Shown here: piece by piece, positions 24,183-36,536 of the stretch
How positions within the stretch are numbered: the first letter of the stretch is position 1
How the letters are laid out: the number at the start of each line of letters is the position of its first letter
Assembly: GCF_003019035.1 (NCBI RefSeq)
Contig: NZ_CP027447.1
Length of the DNA: 64,000 nt
Source: Escherichia coli
GTDB taxonomy: Bacteria > Pseudomonadota > Gammaproteobacteria > Enterobacterales > Enterobacteriaceae
Strand: one strand, 5' to 3'
Notes under the pieces: generated by a model
What the model was told of the DNA's origin: nothing
Seen by the model: the letters and a program-made list of their open reading frames with translations, nothing else
Databases searched by the model: none
Position numbers and translations under genes: made by a program

Positions 24183-25232
24183 TTATTGCGCAAAGGGATT
24201 TTTCGTTTCGTATGACGTGTTATAAAGCGCGTCGGAAATTAAATACTGGTAAATATCATCAACAATTTCGATGCCTTCGACGGCGGCTTTGCGTTGTTTA
24301 ATATCCTGATCCTGTCCGGGATAATAAACCTGATTAAAACCGGGCGCGGGGGTTATGGCATTTAATTCGCGCATGGTCTGGCTAAGATGTTGACGGAATA
24401 ATTCGCTGGAGGAGAAAAAGTTCGGATTAATAACGATATGTAATTGCCCCAAATTACGCCCGGCGTGTAAATCGTCATACATCGAACTAACCTGTCGCCC
24501 GAACGGTAAGCCGAGTAAGACGCCTGAGAGGACGTCAATCATCATCATCAGGCCATACCCTTTCGGCCCAGCGGCAGGGAGCAGGGCGTTAACTGCAAAT
24601 GGATCGGTTGTTGGTGCTCCGTTTTTATCGACCGCCCAGGTATCGGGTATAGACATATTGCGCGAGCGGGCGTCGAGCACTTTTCCCCATGCCTGTACGG
24701 TCGTCGCCATATCAAAGGTAAGGATCTCGTCGCCTTCTCCCGGCGCGGCAAAGGCCAGTGGGTTAGTACCGTAGTAAATTTCCGCGCCGCCAAACGGCAC
24801 CACCATTGGATCGGACTGGCACATCGAAATGCCAATTAACCCGGCGCGAGCTGCCTGCTGTACAAAATAAGAGATTGCGCCGCTGTGACCCATCCGGCTG
24901 ATACCGACCACCGCAACGCCATTTTGCTGGGCGGTTTTGATGGCATGTTCCATACCCATTTTCGCCGCGACCTGTCCGGCGGCATTGTCGGCATGTAAAA
25001 TTGCCGAGCACGGTCCGGTTTCTTCAAGACGAAACTCTGGTTCGCGGTTGGTGCCGCCTTTTGAAATACGTTCGGCGTAGTATTCCACGCGCACCGCGCC
25101 ATGAGAGTGGATCCCTCTGGCATCGGCGTAAACCAATACTTCAGCCACGGTTGCAGCGTGCTCACGTTTTAACCCAGCCTGGCAGAGTTTATTCTCAATT
25201 AGCTGGTGGAGTGTTTCCCGACTGATTTTCAT
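24183..25232 (-). CDS. allD: Ureidoglycolate dehydrogenase
   Basis: 349-aa malate/L-lactate dehydrogenase-2-family ORF. Confidence 0.9.
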   Translation of the reverse strand: MKISRETLHQLIENKLCQAGLKREHAATVAEVLVYADARGIHSHGAVRVEYYAERISKGGTNREPEFRLEETGPCSAILHADNAAGQVAAKMGMEHAIKTAQQNGVAVVGISRMGHSGAISYFVQQAARAGLIGISMCQSDPMVVPFGGAEIYYGTNPLAFAAPGEGDEILTFDMATTVQAWGKVLDARSRNMSIPDTWAVDKNGAPTTDPFAVNALLPAAGPKGYGLMMMIDVLSGVLLGLPFGRQVSSMYDDLHAGRNLGQLHIVINPNFFSSSELFRQHLSQTMRELNAITPAPGFNQVYYPGQDQDIKQRKAAVEGIEIVDDIYQYLISDALYNTSYETKNPFAQ

Positions 25233-25549
25233 CTGTCTTCCTTTTTAACGACGGTGTGAAGCATGACTGCAATTAACATACAGGGAAAATATCTGGATTA
25301 TGTGATCCAGACAGGCAAAAAAATATAGTTAGAATTTATTTGATAATCTTCGCGCTTTTAACCTGGTTATTTAAAATAACCATGCTTATTAAAAAATAAC
25401 GCGTAATAGCCTGGCGGTTATTTAAATTCTTTTGTTAATAATCCCTGTGTGATATTCATCACCTTATTTACTCGTTGTCATCGATACCGTAATCGCCACA
25501 TTAACACTGCTCGTGCAATTGCCATGGGTGCAATTTTTAAGGAGTTGTT

Positions 25550-27217
25550 ATGATCCACGCCTTTATTAAAAAAGGGTGTTTTCAGGATTCGGTCAGTTTA
25601 ATGATTATTTCACGAAAACTCAGCGAATCAGAAAATGTTGATGATGTTTCCGTAATGATGGGTACGCCCGCCAATAAAGCGTTATTAGATACCACAGGTT
25701 TCTGGCATGACGATTTTAATAACGCCACGCCGAACGATATTTGCGTGGCAATTCGTAGCGAAGCGGCGGATGCGGGGATCGCGCAGGCGGTTATGCAGCA
25801 GCTTGAAGAGGCGCTAAAACAACTGGCGCAGGGTTCAGGCAGCAGCCAGGCGTTGACGCAGGTGCGTCGCTGGGACAGTGCCTGTCAGAAATTACCCGAT
25901 GCCAGTCTGGCGCTGATTTCAGTGGCTGGTGAGTATGCGGCGGAGCTGGCGAACCAGGCGCTGGATCGCAACCTCAACGTGATGATGTTCTCCGATAACG
26001 TCACGCTGGAAGATGAAATCCAACTTAAAACCCGCGCGCGGGGAAAAGGCTTGCTGGTGATGGGGCCAGACTGCGGTACATCGATGATTGCCGCCACGCC
26101 GCTGGCTTTTGCTAACGTGATGCCGGAAGGCAACATTGGCGTCATTGGCGCTTCCGGTACCGGGATTCAGGAGCTGTGCTCACAGATTGCGCTGGCAGGG
26201 GAGGGAATTACTCACGCGATTGGCCTTGGCGGGCGTGACCTCAGCCGTGAAGTGGGCGGCATCAGTGCGCTGACGGCGCTGGAAATGCTCAGTGCAGACG
26301 AGAAAAGCGAAGTGCTGGCATTTGTTTCAAAACCACCTGCCGAAGCTGTGCGTCTGAAAATTGTTAATGCCATGAAAGCAACTGGCAAACCGACGGTGGC
26401 GCTGTTTTTAGGTTATACCCCGGCGGTGGCCCGCGACGAGAATGTCTGGTTTGCCTCCTCGCTGGATGAGGCCGCACGCCTGGCTTGTCTGCTTTCACGC
26501 GTCACTGCGCGACGTAACGCGATAGCGCCTGTCAGCAGCGGATTTATTTGCGGTTTGTATACCGGCGGTACGCTGGCTGCTGAAGCGGCGGGATTACTTG
26601 CCGGACACCTTGGCGTGGAAGCCGACGATACCCATCAACATGGCATGATGCTGGACGCCGACGGACATCAGATCCTCGACCTGGGCGATGATTTTTACAC
26701 CGTCGGGCGTCCCCATCCGATGATCGACCCGACCTTACGCAACCTGTTAATTGCCGATCTCGGCGCTAAACCGCAAGTGCGCGTGTTGCTGCTTGATGTG
26801 GTGATTGGCTTCGGTGCGACCGCCGATCCTGCCGCCTCGCTGGTGAGCGCCTGGCAAAAAGCCTGTGCCGCGCGTTCAGACAATCAACCACTGTATGCCA
26901 TTGCCACGGTGACAGGCACTGAACGTGACCCGCAATGCCGCTCGCAGCAAATCGCCACGTTGGAAGATGCGGGGATCGCGGTAGTGAGTTCGCTACCGGA
27001 AGCCACCTTGCTGGCGGCGGCGTTAATTCATCCGCTCTCGCCTGCCACACAGCAACACACACCGTCATTACTGGAAAACGTCGCCGTGATTAACATCGGA
27101 TTACGCAGCTTTGCGCTGGAGCTACAAAGCGCCAGCAAACCGGTTGTGCATTATCAATGGTCGCCAGTCGCCGGCGGCAATAAAAAACTGGCTCGTTTAT
27201 TAGAACGTTTGCAATAA
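25550..27217 (+). CDS. fdrA: FdrA (acyl-CoA synthetase / succinyl-CoA ligase-like, putative oxamate carbamoyltransferase subunit)
   Basis: 555-aa ORF, first gene of fdrA-ylbE-ylbF-ybcF. Confidence 0.85.
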   Translation: MIHAFIKKGCFQDSVSLMIISRKLSESENVDDVSVMMGTPANKALLDTTGFWHDDFNNATPNDICVAIRSEAADAGIAQAVMQQLEEALKQLAQGSGSSQALTQVRRWDSACQKLPDASLALISVAGEYAAELANQALDRNLNVMMFSDNVTLEDEIQLKTRARGKGLLVMGPDCGTSMIAATPLAFANVMPEGNIGVIGASGTGIQELCSQIALAGEGITHAIGLGGRDLSREVGGISALTALEMLSADEKSEVLAFVSKPPAEAVRLKIVNAMKATGKPTVALFLGYTPAVARDENVWFASSLDEAARLACLLSRVTARRNAIAPVSSGFICGLYTGGTLAAEAAGLLAGHLGVEADDTHQHGMMLDADGHQILDLGDDFYTVGRPHPMIDPTLRNLLIADLGAKPQVRVLLLDVVIGFGATADPAASLVSAWQKACAARSDNQPLYAIATVTGTERDPQCRSQQIATLEDAGIAVVSSLPEATLLAAALIHPLSPATQQHTPSLLENVAVINIGLRSFALELQSASKPVVHYQWSPVAGGNKKLARLLERLQ

Positions 27218-27226
27218 GGGGTTCCC

Positions 27227-28486
27227 ATGTTTACATCAGTGGCGCAAGCCAATGCTGCGGTTATCGAACAAATTCGTCGCGCTCGTCCACACTGGCTGGA
27301 TGTGCAACCGGCTTCTTCACTTATCAGCGAACTAAACAAGGGCAAAACACTGCTTCACGCCGGGCCGCCAATGCGCTGGCAGGAGATGACCGGACCCATG
27401 AAAGGGGCGTGCGTGGGCGCATGTCTGTTCGAAGGCTGGGCGAAAGATGAAGCGCAGGCGCTGGCGATGCTGGAGCAGGGGGAAGTGAACTTCATTCCTT
27501 GTCACCATGTGAATGCCGTCGGGCCAATGGGTGGCATTACTTCTGCCAGTATGCCGATGCTGGTGGTCGAGAACGTGACCGACGGCAACCGGGCCTACTG
27601 CAACCTCAACGAAGGTATCGGCAAAGTGATGCGTTTTGGCGCTTACGGCGAAGATGTCCTGACTCGCCATCGCTGGATGCGCGATGTGTTAATGCCAGTA
27701 TTAAGCGCGGCGCTGGGGCGCATGGAGCGCGGTATCGATCTCACGGCAATGATGGCGCAGGGCATTACCATGGGCGATGAGTTCCATCAACGCAACATTG
27801 CTTCCTCTGCACTGTTAATGCGTGCGCTGGCCCCACAAATTGCTCGCCTCGATCATGATAAACAGCACATCGCGGAAGTGATGGATTTCCTCAGCGTGAC
27901 CGATCAGTTCTTCCTCAACCTCGCGATGGCTTACTGCAAGGCGGCGATGGATGCAGGCGCGATGATCCGCGCAGGCAGCATCGTCACGGCTATGACCCGC
28001 AACGGCAATATGTTCGGGATTCGGGTAAGCGGGCTGGGTGAACGCTGGTTTACTGCGCCTGTAAACACTCCGCAAGGTCTGTTTTTCACCGGCTTCTCGC
28101 AGGAGCAGGCGAACCCGGATATGGGCGATAGCGCGATTACCGAAACCTTTGGTATCGGTGGTGCGGCAATGATCGCAGCCCCTGGCGTAACACGCTTTGT
28201 CGGTGCGGGTGGCATGGAAGCGGCCAGAGCGGTATCTGAAGAGATGGCGGAAATCTTCCTTGAACGCAATATGCAGTTGCAGATCCCCGGCTGGGATTTC
28301 CAGGGCGCGTGTCTGGGGCTGGATATTCGTCGCGTGGTAGAAACCGGCATTACACCACTCATCAATACGGGTATCGCCCATAAAGAGGCGGGGATCGGGC
28401 AGATTGGCGCAGGCACTGTGCGTGCACCGTTGGCCTGCTTTGAACAGGCGCTGGAAGCACTGGCTGAAAGCATGGGGATTGGTTGA
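27227..28486 (+). CDS. ylbE: YlbE (DUF1116), intact 419-aa reading frame
   Basis: Single uninterrupted ORF; I recall this gene as frameshifted in K-12. Confidence 0.8.
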   Translation: MFTSVAQANAAVIEQIRRARPHWLDVQPASSLISELNKGKTLLHAGPPMRWQEMTGPMKGACVGACLFEGWAKDEAQALAMLEQGEVNFIPCHHVNAVGPMGGITSASMPMLVVENVTDGNRAYCNLNEGIGKVMRFGAYGEDVLTRHRWMRDVLMPVLSAALGRMERGIDLTAMMAQGITMGDEFHQRNIASSALLMRALAPQIARLDHDKQHIAEVMDFLSVTDQFFLNLAMAYCKAAMDAGAMIRAGSIVTAMTRNGNMFGIRVSGLGERWFTAPVNTPQGLFFTGFSQEQANPDMGDSAITETFGIGGAAMIAAPGVTRFVGAGGMEAARAVSEEMAEIFLERNMQLQIPGWDFQGACLGLDIRRVVETGITPLINTGIAHKEAGIGQIGAGTVRAPLACFEQALEALAESMGIG

Positions 28487-28496
28487 GGAACGCGCA

Positions 28497-29312
28497 ATGA
28501 CGATCATCCATCCTCTGCTTGCCAGTAGTAGCGCACCGAATTATCGCCAGTCCTGGCGGTTAGCGGGAGTGTGGCGGCGGGCGATTAACCTGATGACGGA
28601 AAGCGGCGAACTGTTAACGCTGCATCGTCAGGGGAGTGGTTTCGGCCCCGGAGGATGGGTGCTTCGCCGCGCGCAATTCGATGCGTTATGCGGTGGATTA
28701 TGCGGCAATGAACGACCACAGGTTGTGGCTCAAGGGATTCGCCTCGGGCGTTTCACGGTTAAACAGCCACAGCGTTATTGTTTGCTGCGTATTACGCCGC
28801 CTTCGCATCCTCAACCGCTTGCAGCTGCATGGATGCAACGCGCGGAGGAAACCGGACTTTTCGGACCACTGGCGATGGCGGCAAGCGATCCGCTGCCCGC
28901 TGAATTACGCCAGTTTCGTCACTGTTTTCAGGCCGCGCTCAATGGCGTTAAGACCGACTGGCGGCACTGGCTGGGTAAAGGCCCCGGATTAACGCCAAGT
29001 CATGATGACACGCTGAGCGGAATGCTGCTGGCGGCCTGGTATTATGGCGCTTTAGATACGCGCTCCGGTCGCCCGTTTTTTGCCTGTTCCGACAATCTTC
29101 AACTCGTTACCACAGCGGTGAGCGTCAGTTATTTACGTTATGCCGCGCAAGGATATTTCGCCTCGCCACTCCTGCACTTTGTCCATGCTCTGAGTTGCCC
29201 GAAACGTACCGCTGTTGCGATTGATTCGCTGCTGGCGCTGGGGCATACGTCAGGGGCAGATACGCTGCTGGGGTTCTGGCTTGGTCAACAATTATTACAA
29301 GGAAAACCATGA
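28497..29312 (+). CDS. ylbF: YlbF (DUF2877)
   Basis: ORF track 28404..29312; start set to ATG at 28497 ([11 protein letters not shown]) with SD GAGGAA. Confidence 0.75.
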   Translation: MTIIHPLLASSSAPNYRQSWRLAGVWRRAINLMTESGELLTLHRQGSGFGPGGWVLRRAQFDALCGGLCGNERPQVVAQGIRLGRFTVKQPQRYCLLRITPPSHPQPLAAAWMQRAEETGLFGPLAMAASDPLPAELRQFRHCFQAALNGVKTDWRHWLGKGPGLTPSHDDTLSGMLLAAWYYGALDTRSGRPFFACSDNLQLVTTAVSVSYLRYAAQGYFASPLLHFVHALSCPKRTAVAIDSLLALGHTSGADTLLGFWLGQQLLQGKP

Positions 29313-30202
29313 AAACACTGGTTGTAGCTCTTGGGGGCAATGCCTTGCTTCAGCGCGGTGAGGCGCTGACGGCAGAAAATCAATATCGCAATATCGCCAG
29401 CGCTGTACCCGCACTGGCGCGCCTGGCCCGTTCTTATCGGCTGGCGATTGTTCACGGCAACGGGCCACAGGTGGGGCTGTTGGCGTTACAGAATCTGGCG
29501 TGGAAAGAGGTAGAACCGTATCCGCTGGATGTACTGGTGGCGGAAAGTCAGGGGATGATTGGCTATATGCTGGCGCAGAGCTTGAGCGCACAGCCGCAGA
29601 TGCCGCCTGTGACGACGGTGCTGACGCGCATTGAAGTTTCGCCTGATGATCCGGCGTTTTTGCAGCCAGAGAAGTTTATCGGTCCGGTTTATCAGCCAGA
29701 AGAACAAGAGGCACTGGAAGCGGCTTACGGCTGGCAGATGAAACGTGATGGTAAATATTTGCGCCGGGTGGTGGCGTCTCCGCAACCGCGTAATATTCTC
29801 GACAGCGAAGCCATCGAGTTGTTGCTCAAAGAGGGGCATGTGGTGATTTGCAGTGGCGGCGGCGGTGTGCCTGTGACGGATGACGGAGTAGGGAGTGAAG
29901 CAGTGATTGATAAAGATCTCGCCGCTGCGTTGCTCGCCGAGCAGATTAATGCCGATGGACTGGTGATCCTCACCGATGCTGATGCGGTATATGAAAACTG
30001 GGGAACGCCGCAGCAACGTGCCATTCGCCATGCCACACCGGATGAGTTAGCGCCACTTGCCAAAGCCGATGGTTCGATGGGGCCGAAGGTAACGGCAGTG
30101 AGTGGCTATGTCAGAAGCCGTGGTAAACCCGCGTGGATTGGGGCGTTATCGCGAATTGAAGAGACGCTGGCGGGCGAAGCGGGGACCTGTATTTCGCTGT
30201 AG
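29309..30202 (+). CDS. ybcF: Carbamate kinase-like protein (ArcC family)
   Basis: 297-aa ORF with carbamate-kinase amino-acid-kinase fold motifs, coupled to ylbF. Confidence 0.85.
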   Translation: MKTLVVALGGNALLQRGEALTAENQYRNIASAVPALARLARSYRLAIVHGNGPQVGLLALQNLAWKEVEPYPLDVLVAESQGMIGYMLAQSLSAQPQMPPVTTVLTRIEVSPDDPAFLQPEKFIGPVYQPEEQEALEAAYGWQMKRDGKYLRRVVASPQPRNILDSEAIELLLKEGHVVICSGGGGVPVTDDGVGSEAVIDKDLAAALLAEQINADGLVILTDADAVYENWGTPQQRAIRHATPDELAPLAKADGSMGPKVTAVSGYVRSRGKPAWIGALSRIEETLAGEAGTCISL

Positions 30203-30221
30203 TTGTAGGCATTAGACATTT

Positions 30222-30306
30222 GTGCCTGATGCGACGCTGATTATCCGACCTGGAAATATCACCACTTCCGCAGGTCGGATAAGGCGTTCACGCCGCATCC
30301 GGCAGG
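30222..30306. repeat. BIME: two REP-type palindromic units between convergent ybcF and purK
   Basis: gcctgatgcgacgctgattatccgacc ... caggtcggataaggcgttcacgccgcatccggcagg. Confidence 0.55.
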
Positions 30307-30321
30307 AATATGAGTACCAGG

Positions 30322-31389
30322 TTAACTGAACTTACTCTGCGCCCACATCACGCCGCTGGCATACTCTGGCGGCAGCAGCGGAATTAAGGCTTCCAGCGTC
30401 GCGGTCAGACGCGATGTGTCGCTGTCGGTCAAATTCAGATGCCCCACTTTACGCCCCGGACGGACTTCTTTGTCGTACCAGTGCAGATGCACCAGCGGCA
30501 GTTTCAGCCAGTCATAATTCACATCGCTACCAATCAGGTTGATCATCACCGACGGACTATTCACTACTGGTTGCGGTAACGGCAGATCGGTAATCGCCCG
30601 CAGATGCAGCTCAAACTGGCTGATGCTGGCACCGTTTTGTGTCCAGTGACCGCTGTTATGCACACGCGGAGCCAGTTCGTTGATCAGCAGACCTTGCGGG
30701 GTGACAAAACACTCCATCGCCATCACGCCCACATAGCCCAGCTCCTGCATAATCGCCGACAGCATCTCTTCGGCCTGCGCCTGCTGCTGCGCGTTGGCCT
30801 GCGGGAAAGCGACGCTGGTGCGCAAAATACCGTCCTGATGCAGGTTATGCGTCAGCGGATAAAACACGGTGCTACCATCAAAGCCGCGCGCGCCAACCAG
30901 CGACACTTCACCAGAGAAGTTTATGCCCTGCTCGACAATACATTCGCCGTAGCATTCAGCCGGTAACTGTTCGGTTTCATCGGCGCGTAAACGCCATTGA
31001 CCGCGTCCGTCATAGCCACCAGTGCGACGCTTAACAATCGCCAGCTCACCTAAACGATCAAACACCGCAGGCCACTCGCTGCGATCGGCAAGTAACTGCC
31101 ACGGTGCGGTCGGCAGGTGAAGCTTGTCGAAAAGCTGCTTCTGAGTCAGACGGTCAGCAATAATCGGGAACACATCGCGGTTCACAAAGGCCGGATGGCG
31201 CGCCAGCTCGCGGGTTAATGCGGTTTCCGGCCAGCGTTCGATCTCAGCGGTAATCACACTTTGTTGAAAAGGCACCGCCGCCGGTTCAGCGTCCAGCCCG
31301 ACTGGCCAGACAGCAATGCCTAACGGTTCGCCTGCCTGACGCAGCATACGGCCTAACTGCCCGTTACCGAGGACGCAAACCTGTTTCAT
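30322..31389 (-). CDS. purK: N5-carboxyaminoimidazole ribonucleotide synthase
   Basis: 355-aa ATP-grasp ORF overlapping purE stop. Confidence 0.9.
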   Translation of the reverse strand: MKQVCVLGNGQLGRMLRQAGEPLGIAVWPVGLDAEPAAVPFQQSVITAEIERWPETALTRELARHPAFVNRDVFPIIADRLTQKQLFDKLHLPTAPWQLLADRSEWPAVFDRLGELAIVKRRTGGYDGRGQWRLRADETEQLPAECYGECIVEQGINFSGEVSLVGARGFDGSTVFYPLTHNLHQDGILRTSVAFPQANAQQQAQAEEMLSAIMQELGYVGVMAMECFVTPQGLLINELAPRVHNSGHWTQNGASISQFELHLRAITDLPLPQPVVNSPSVMINLIGSDVNYDWLKLPLVHLHWYDKEVRPGRKVGHLNLTDSDTSRLTATLEALIPLLPPEYASGVMWAQSKFS

Positions 31390-31895
31390 GCCGCACCTCG
31401 CGGGTCCGGGTTTTCCAGCACTTCGTCAGTCTGTGCTTTGCGCCAGTCATTCAGACGCTGGTGTAGCTCTTTATCATGAGTTGCAAGAATTTGTGCTGCC
31501 AGTAACGCCGCGTTTGCCGCGCCAGCTTTACCAATCGCCAGCGTACCCACCGGAATGCCGCGTGGCATTTGTACGATAGAGTAGAGGCTATCGACACCGC
31601 TCAGTGCGGCGCTCTGTACTGGCACGCCCAGCACTGGCACCAGCGTTTTGGCGGCAATCATGCCAGGCAGGTGCGCTGCGCCGCCTGCGCCCGCAATAAT
31701 TACCTGATAACCGTTCTCTTCGGCGCTTTCGGCGAAGCTGAACAGTTTATCGGGGGTGCGGTGAGCAGAAACCACTTCAACGTGGTGCGGGACATTCAGG
31801 ATTTCGAAGATTTCGGCGGCGAACTGCATGGTAGCCCAGTCGCTTTTGGACCCCATCACGATGGCGACACGCGCCGGATTATTGCGGGAAGACAT
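31386..31895 (-). CDS. purE: N5-CAIR mutase
   Basis: ORF track 31386..31922; start trimmed to [19 protein letters not shown] giving 169 aa. Confidence 0.9.
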   Translation of the reverse strand: MSSRNNPARVAIVMGSKSDWATMQFAAEIFEILNVPHHVEVVSAHRTPDKLFSFAESAEENGYQVIIAGAGGAAHLPGMIAAKTLVPVLGVPVQSAALSGVDSLYSIVQMPRGIPVGTLAIGKAGAANAALLAAQILATHDKELHQRLNDWRKAQTDEVLENPDPRGAA

Positions 31896-32012
31896 GCGTC
31901 TTAAAACTCCTGTGGTGCACAACTCTCGGCTTTAGAGGGCACAGAGAATAGCACGGAAAGAGAGCAAGGAAAACGGTTGCGTGGCTGTGAAATCAGCAAA
32001 GTTGCGGGTTTT

Positions 32013-32735
32013 TTAAAAAGGAAAATGAATCAGCTCAACGTCATCCGCCGTGACTTTTACCATTGAACCTTCCGTATGCCAGGCACCCAGCACGACGCGA
32101 AAAGCAGGTTGCTGATTGGCGATAAGTTCATGTACCGCCGGGCGATGGGTATGTCCGTGGATCAGCCATTGCACCTGATGTTTTTCCATCGCACTGACCA
32201 CCGCGTTTTGGTTAACGTCCATGATCGCCAGCGATTTACTGCTGTTGGCTTCTTTGCTGTTCGCTCGCATTCGCGCGGCAATGCGTTTACGCACAAACAA
32301 CGGCAGGGCGAGGAATAGCGTTTGCAGCCAGGGTTTGTGGACTTTGGCGCGAAAAGCCTGATAACCGGCGTCATCGGTGCACAGCGTGTCGCCATGCATA
32401 ATCAATACCCGGCGACCATACAGTTCGAGCACCTTTTCTTCCGGCAATAACGTCATGCCGCTTTCACGGGCAAAGCGTTTGCCGAGCAGAAAATCACGGT
32501 TGCCATGAATGAAATAACAGGGAACGCCGGAATCGGACACCGCTTTGATCGCTGCCGCCATCTGGCGATGGAGTGGGTTGGGATCGTCGTCGCCAATCCA
32601 CGCTTCAAACAGATCGCCAAGAATATACAGCGCGTCGGCATTGCGGGCCTCCCCCGCTAAAAATCGCAGAAAACCGGCGGTGATCGCCGGTTCTTCCACG
32701 CAGAGATGAAGATCTGCAATAAAGAGTGTCGCCAC
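32013..32735 (-). CDS. lpxH: UDP-2,3-diacylglucosamine hydrolase
   Basis: 240-aa calcineurin-like phosphoesterase ORF with DxH and GNHD motifs. Confidence 0.9.
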   Translation of the reverse strand: MATLFIADLHLCVEEPAITAGFLRFLAGEARNADALYILGDLFEAWIGDDDPNPLHRQMAAAIKAVSDSGVPCYFIHGNRDFLLGKRFARESGMTLLPEEKVLELYGRRVLIMHGDTLCTDDAGYQAFRAKVHKPWLQTLFLALPLFVRKRIAARMRANSKEANSSKSLAIMDVNQNAVVSAMEKHQVQWLIHGHTHRPAVHELIANQQPAFRVVLGAWHTEGSMVKVTADDVELIHFPF

Positions 32736-32737
32736 GA

Positions 32738-33232
32738 TTACTCGCTAACGGTCACGCTTTCAATGATAACGTCTTCTTTTGGCACGTCCTGGTGCATACC
32801 GCTACGACCGGTTGCCACACCTTTGATTTTGTCTACCACGTCCATGCCTTCAACCACTTCAGCAAATACGCAGTAGCCCCAACCTTGCAGGCTTTCGCCA
32901 GAGAAGTTCAGGAAGTCGTTATCAACCACGTTGATGAAGAACTGTGCAGTTGCAGAGTGCGGTGCCTGAGTACGGGCCATTGCCAGCGTACCACGGGTAT
33001 TTTTCAGACCGTTGTTGGCTTCGTTTTTGATCGGGTCTTTGGTGGCTTTTTGCTTCATGCCCGGTTCAAAACCGCCGCCCTGAATCATAAAGCCGTTGAT
33101 AACACGGTGGAAAATGGTGTTGTTGTAAAAACCTTCGCGGCAGTAGTCCAGGAAGTTTTTAACTGTTTCAGGTGCTTTATCGTCAAAAGTTTTGATGACA
33201 ATATCGCCGTGATTGGTGTGGAAAGTAACCAT
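32738..33232 (-). CDS. ppiB: Peptidyl-prolyl cis-trans isomerase B (cyclophilin)
   Basis: 164-aa cyclophilin ORF. Confidence 0.9.
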   Translation of the reverse strand: MVTFHTNHGDIVIKTFDDKAPETVKNFLDYCREGFYNNTIFHRVINGFMIQGGGFEPGMKQKATKDPIKNEANNGLKNTRGTLAMARTQAPHSATAQFFINVVDNDFLNFSGESLQGWGYCVFAEVVEGMDVVDKIKGVATGRSGMHQDVPKEDVIIESVTVSE

Positions 33233-33405
33233 TTTTGCATCCTGTTCCGTTTGATTGGTGCTTCAACCCGGTTCGGGTCATATATAGGGTGGTGTTATAG
33301 CATAACCGCACGATCGGATCATCACGCAATGTATGCTGATTCGCGCGGGAAATATGGGTATTATACGCAACTCAATTACCCACACATGTCTAAACGGAAT
33401 CTTCG

Positions 33406-34791
33406 ATGCTAAAAATCTTCAATACTCTGACACGCCAAAAAGAGGAATTTAAGCCTATTCACGCCGGGGAAGTCGGCATGTACGTGTGTGGAATCACCGT
33501 TTACGATCTCTGTCATATCGGTCACGGGCGTACCTTTGTTGCCTTTGACGTGGTTGCGCGCTATCTGCGTTTCCTCGGCTATAAGCTGAAGTATGTGCGC
33601 AACATTACCGATATCGACGACAAAATCATCAAACGCGCCAATGAAAATGGCGAAAGCTTTGTGGCGCTGGTGGATCGCATGATCGACGAAATGCATAAAG
33701 ATTTTGATGCGTTGAACATTTTGCGCCCGGATATGGAGCCGCGCGCGACGCACCATATCGCAGAAATTATTGAACTCACTGAACAACTGATCGCCAAAGG
33801 TCACGCTTATGTGGCGGACAACGGCGACGTGATGTTCGACGTACCGACCGATCCGACCTATGGCGTGCTGTCGCGTCAGGATCTCGACCAGCTGCAGGCA
33901 GGCGCGCGCGTTGACGTGGTCGACGACAAACGCAACCCGATGGACTTCGTTCTGTGGAAGATGTCGAAAGAGGGCGAACCGAGCTGGCCGTCTCCGTGGG
34001 GCGCGGGCCGTCCTGGCTGGCACATTGAGTGTTCGGCAATGAACTGCAAACAGTTGGGTAACCACTTTGATATCCACGGCGGCGGTTCTGACCTGATGTT
34101 CCCGCACCACGAGAACGAAATCGCGCAGTCCACCTGTGCCCATGATGGCCAGTATGTGAACTACTGGATGCACTCGGGGATGGTGATGGTTGACCGCGAG
34201 AAGATGTCCAAATCGCTGGGTAACTTCTTTACCGTGCGCGATGTGCTGAAATACTACGACGCGGAAACCGTGCGTTACTTCCTGATGTCGGGGCACTATC
34301 GCAGCCAGCTGAACTATAGCGAAGAGAACCTGAAGCAGGCGCGTGCGGCGCTGGAGCGTCTCTACACTGCGCTGCGCGGCACAGATAAAACTGTTGCGCC
34401 TGCCGGTGGCGAAGCGTTTGAAGCGCGCTTTATTGAAGCGATGGACGACGATTTCAACACCCCGGAAGCCTATTCCGTGCTGTTTGATATGGCGCGTGAA
34501 GTGAACCGTCTGAAAGCAGAAGATATGGCAGCGGCGAATGCAATGGCATCTCACCTGCGTAAACTTTCCGCCGTATTGGGCCTGCTGGAGCAAGAACCGG
34601 AAGCGTTCCTGCAAAGCGGAGCGCAGGCAGACGACAGCGAAGTGGCTGAGATTGAAGCGTTAATTCAACAGCGTCTGGATGCCCGTAAAGCGAAAGACTG
34701 GGCGGCGGCAGATGCGGCACGTGACCGTCTTAACGAGATGGGGATCGTGCTGGAAGATGGCCCGCAAGGGACCACCTGGCGTCGTAAGTAA
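33406..34791 (+). CDS. cysS: Cysteinyl-tRNA synthetase
   Basis: 461-aa class I aaRS ORF with HIGH (HIGHGR) and KMSKS motifs. Confidence 0.95.
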   Translation: MLKIFNTLTRQKEEFKPIHAGEVGMYVCGITVYDLCHIGHGRTFVAFDVVARYLRFLGYKLKYVRNITDIDDKIIKRANENGESFVALVDRMIDEMHKDFDALNILRPDMEPRATHHIAEIIELTEQLIAKGHAYVADNGDVMFDVPTDPTYGVLSRQDLDQLQAGARVDVVDDKRNPMDFVLWKMSKEGEPSWPSPWGAGRPGWHIECSAMNCKQLGNHFDIHGGGSDLMFPHHENEIAQSTCAHDGQYVNYWMHSGMVMVDREKMSKSLGNFFTVRDVLKYYDAETVRYFLMSGHYRSQLNYSEENLKQARAALERLYTALRGTDKTVAPAGGEAFEARFIEAMDDDFNTPEAYSVLFDMAREVNRLKAEDMAAANAMASHLRKLSAVLGLLEQEPEAFLQSGAQADDSEVAEIEALIQQRLDARKAKDWAAADAARDRLNEMGIVLEDGPQGTTWRRK

Positions 34792-34802
34792 TTGCGCTAT
34801 TG

Positions 34803-34826
34803 CCGGATGCGAGTTTTCGCATCCGG
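34803..34826. terminator. Hairpin between convergent cysS and ybcI
   Basis: 10-bp stem ccggatgcga/tcgcatccgg with gttt loop. Confidence 0.45.
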
Positions 34827-35348
34827 TTATCGTCTGCGCCACCACAACATTCCCATCAGTAGCATCCCCGGCAACCACACCCAGATCAATTCAGAAATAA
34901 TCACCTTGTGCCCGTACGGCGTGGTGTAACGAGACAATGCAAACGGCGCGACTTTGATCACCTGCCAGGGAGCGAAAAAGCGTTCATCTGACCACGGCCA
35001 CAGCCAGCCAACCCCTTTACCGCCAGTGGTTACCGAATCCAGCAAGCTGTGCGATAGCAACGAGACGGTTAAAAACAGCCAGCAGCGAATCAGCCCAGCC
35101 CTGAACCATCGACGTCCAATCAGCACACATAACAGCGGGACAACAAACGCAAACACCAGCGAATGGGTAAACCCGCGATGACCAAAAACATTGCCGTAAG
35201 CAACGCCAAATTTAAACGACAATACGTCGGCATCAGGCAGCATCGCCAGGACGATTCCGGCAAATAACAGGCGCGGAGGGATGACTTTTGAACCCAACCC
35301 TAAACCAATGCAAAGGGGAACGGCGGCGTGCGTAATAACGGTTGGCAT
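34827..35348 (-). CDS. ybcI: Inner-membrane metal-dependent hydrolase-like protein YbcI (DUF457)
   Basis: 173-aa hydrophobic ORF. Confidence 0.8.
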   Translation of the reverse strand: MPTVITHAAVPLCIGLGLGSKVIPPRLLFAGIVLAMLPDADVLSFKFGVAYGNVFGHRGFTHSLVFAFVVPLLCVLIGRRWFRAGLIRCWLFLTVSLLSHSLLDSVTTGGKGVGWLWPWSDERFFAPWQVIKVAPFALSRYTTPYGHKVIISELIWVWLPGMLLMGMLWWRRR

Positions 35349-35455
35349 GATGGTCGCTTCGGCAAAATGTCGATGCTATCAGCATGGATGAACGGGGCGT
35401 AGAGGGCAACAGTCTGAAAAGAGAACCGGCCTGTTGTTACAGGCCGGGAAAGGGA

Positions 35456-35668
35456 TCAGGCAACAACCTGTACGCTGTGACCTGCAAAACTCACTGTCTG
35501 CCCGGCGACGATTTTGCAGCGTTTGCGCGTTTCAACCGCACCGTCGACTTTCACCTGGCCTTCGGCAATCGCGATTTTCGCCTGCGCGCCGCTTTCGCTC
35601 CAGCCTTCCAGTTTCAGCAAGTCGCACAGCTCAACGTGCGGATGTTTACCTAAAGAAAATGTCGCCAT
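35456..35668 (-). CDS. ybcJ: S4-domain RNA-binding protein YbcJ
   Basis: ORF track 35456..35722; start trimmed to MATFSLGKHPHV giving 70 aa. Confidence 0.8.
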   Translation of the reverse strand: MATFSLGKHPHVELCDLLKLEGWSESGAQAKIAIAEGQVKVDGAVETRKRCKIVAGQTVSFAGHSVQVVA

Positions 35669-35669
35669 G

Positions 35670-36536
35670 TTACTCACCCTGTGGATCATGATATTCAACG
35701 CACGCCTGTAGCGTGTTTTCAATCAGCGTGGCAACCGTCATCGGGCCAACGCCGCCCGGAACAGGCGTAATGTATGAGGCGCGTTTAGCCGCGTCTTCAA
35801 ACACGACGTCGCCCACAACTTTGCCATTTTCCAGACGGTTGATGCCGACATCAATCACAATTGCGCCTTCTTTGATCCAGTCACCAGGAATAAAGCCCGG
35901 CTTGCCGACGGCAACGATCAGTAGATCGGCATTTTCTACGTGGTGACGCAGATTTTTAGTGAAACGGTGAGTCACGGTGGTGGTGCAACCTGCCAGTAGC
36001 AGTTCCATGCTCATCGGGCGGCCAACGATATTCGATGCGCCAATCACCACGGCGTTGAGGCCGAAGGTATCAATGTTGTAACGCTCAAGCAGCGTGACAA
36101 TACCGCGCGGGGTGCAGGGACGCAGACGCGGCGCGCGCTGGCACAGGCGACCGACGTTATAAGGATGGAAACCGTCTACGTCTTTGTCCGGGTGTATACG
36201 TTCCAGCACTTTGACGTTATCAATACCCGCCGGTAACGGCAGTTGAACCAGAATGCCATCAATGGTGTTGTCGGCATTCAGCGTATCGATAAGCTCCAGC
36301 AGCTCCGCTTCGCTGGTGGTTTCCGGGAGGTCATAAGAGCGGGAGACGAACCCGACTTCTTCACAAGCCTTGCGTTTGCTTGCGACATAAATTTGCGATG
36401 CAGGGTTACTACCCACCAGCACAACGGCCAGTCCTGGTGCCCGCAGTCCGGCTGCAATACGCGCCTGAACTTTTTGAGCAACTTCAGAGCGCACCTGCTG
36501 CGCAATCGTTTTACCGTCAATAATCTTTGCTGCCAT
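35670..36536 (-). CDS. folD: Bifunctional methylenetetrahydrofolate dehydrogenase/cyclohydrolase
   Basis: 288-aa ORF. Confidence 0.9.
   Translation of the reverse strand: MAAKIIDGKTIAQQVRSEVAQKVQARIAAGLRAPGLAVVLVGSNPASQIYVASKRKACEEVGFVSRSYDLPETTSEAELLELIDTLNADNTIDGILVQLPLPAGIDNVKVLERIHPDKDVDGFHPYNVGRLCQRAPRLRPCTPRGIVTLLERYNIDTFGLNAVVIGASNIVGRPMSMELLLAGCTTTVTHRFTKNLRHHVENADLLIVAVGKPGFIPGDWIKEGAIVIDVGINRLENGKVVGDVVFEDAAKRASYITPVPGGVGPMTVATLIENTLQACVEYHDPQGE

Noticed and set aside
33409-34614. 401-aa ORF antisense to cysS
   Set aside because: Lies entirely within, and opposite to, the conserved cysteinyl-tRNA synthetase gene, which has clear HIGH and KMSKS motifs; no RBS; long antisense ORFs of this kind are a common composition artefact.
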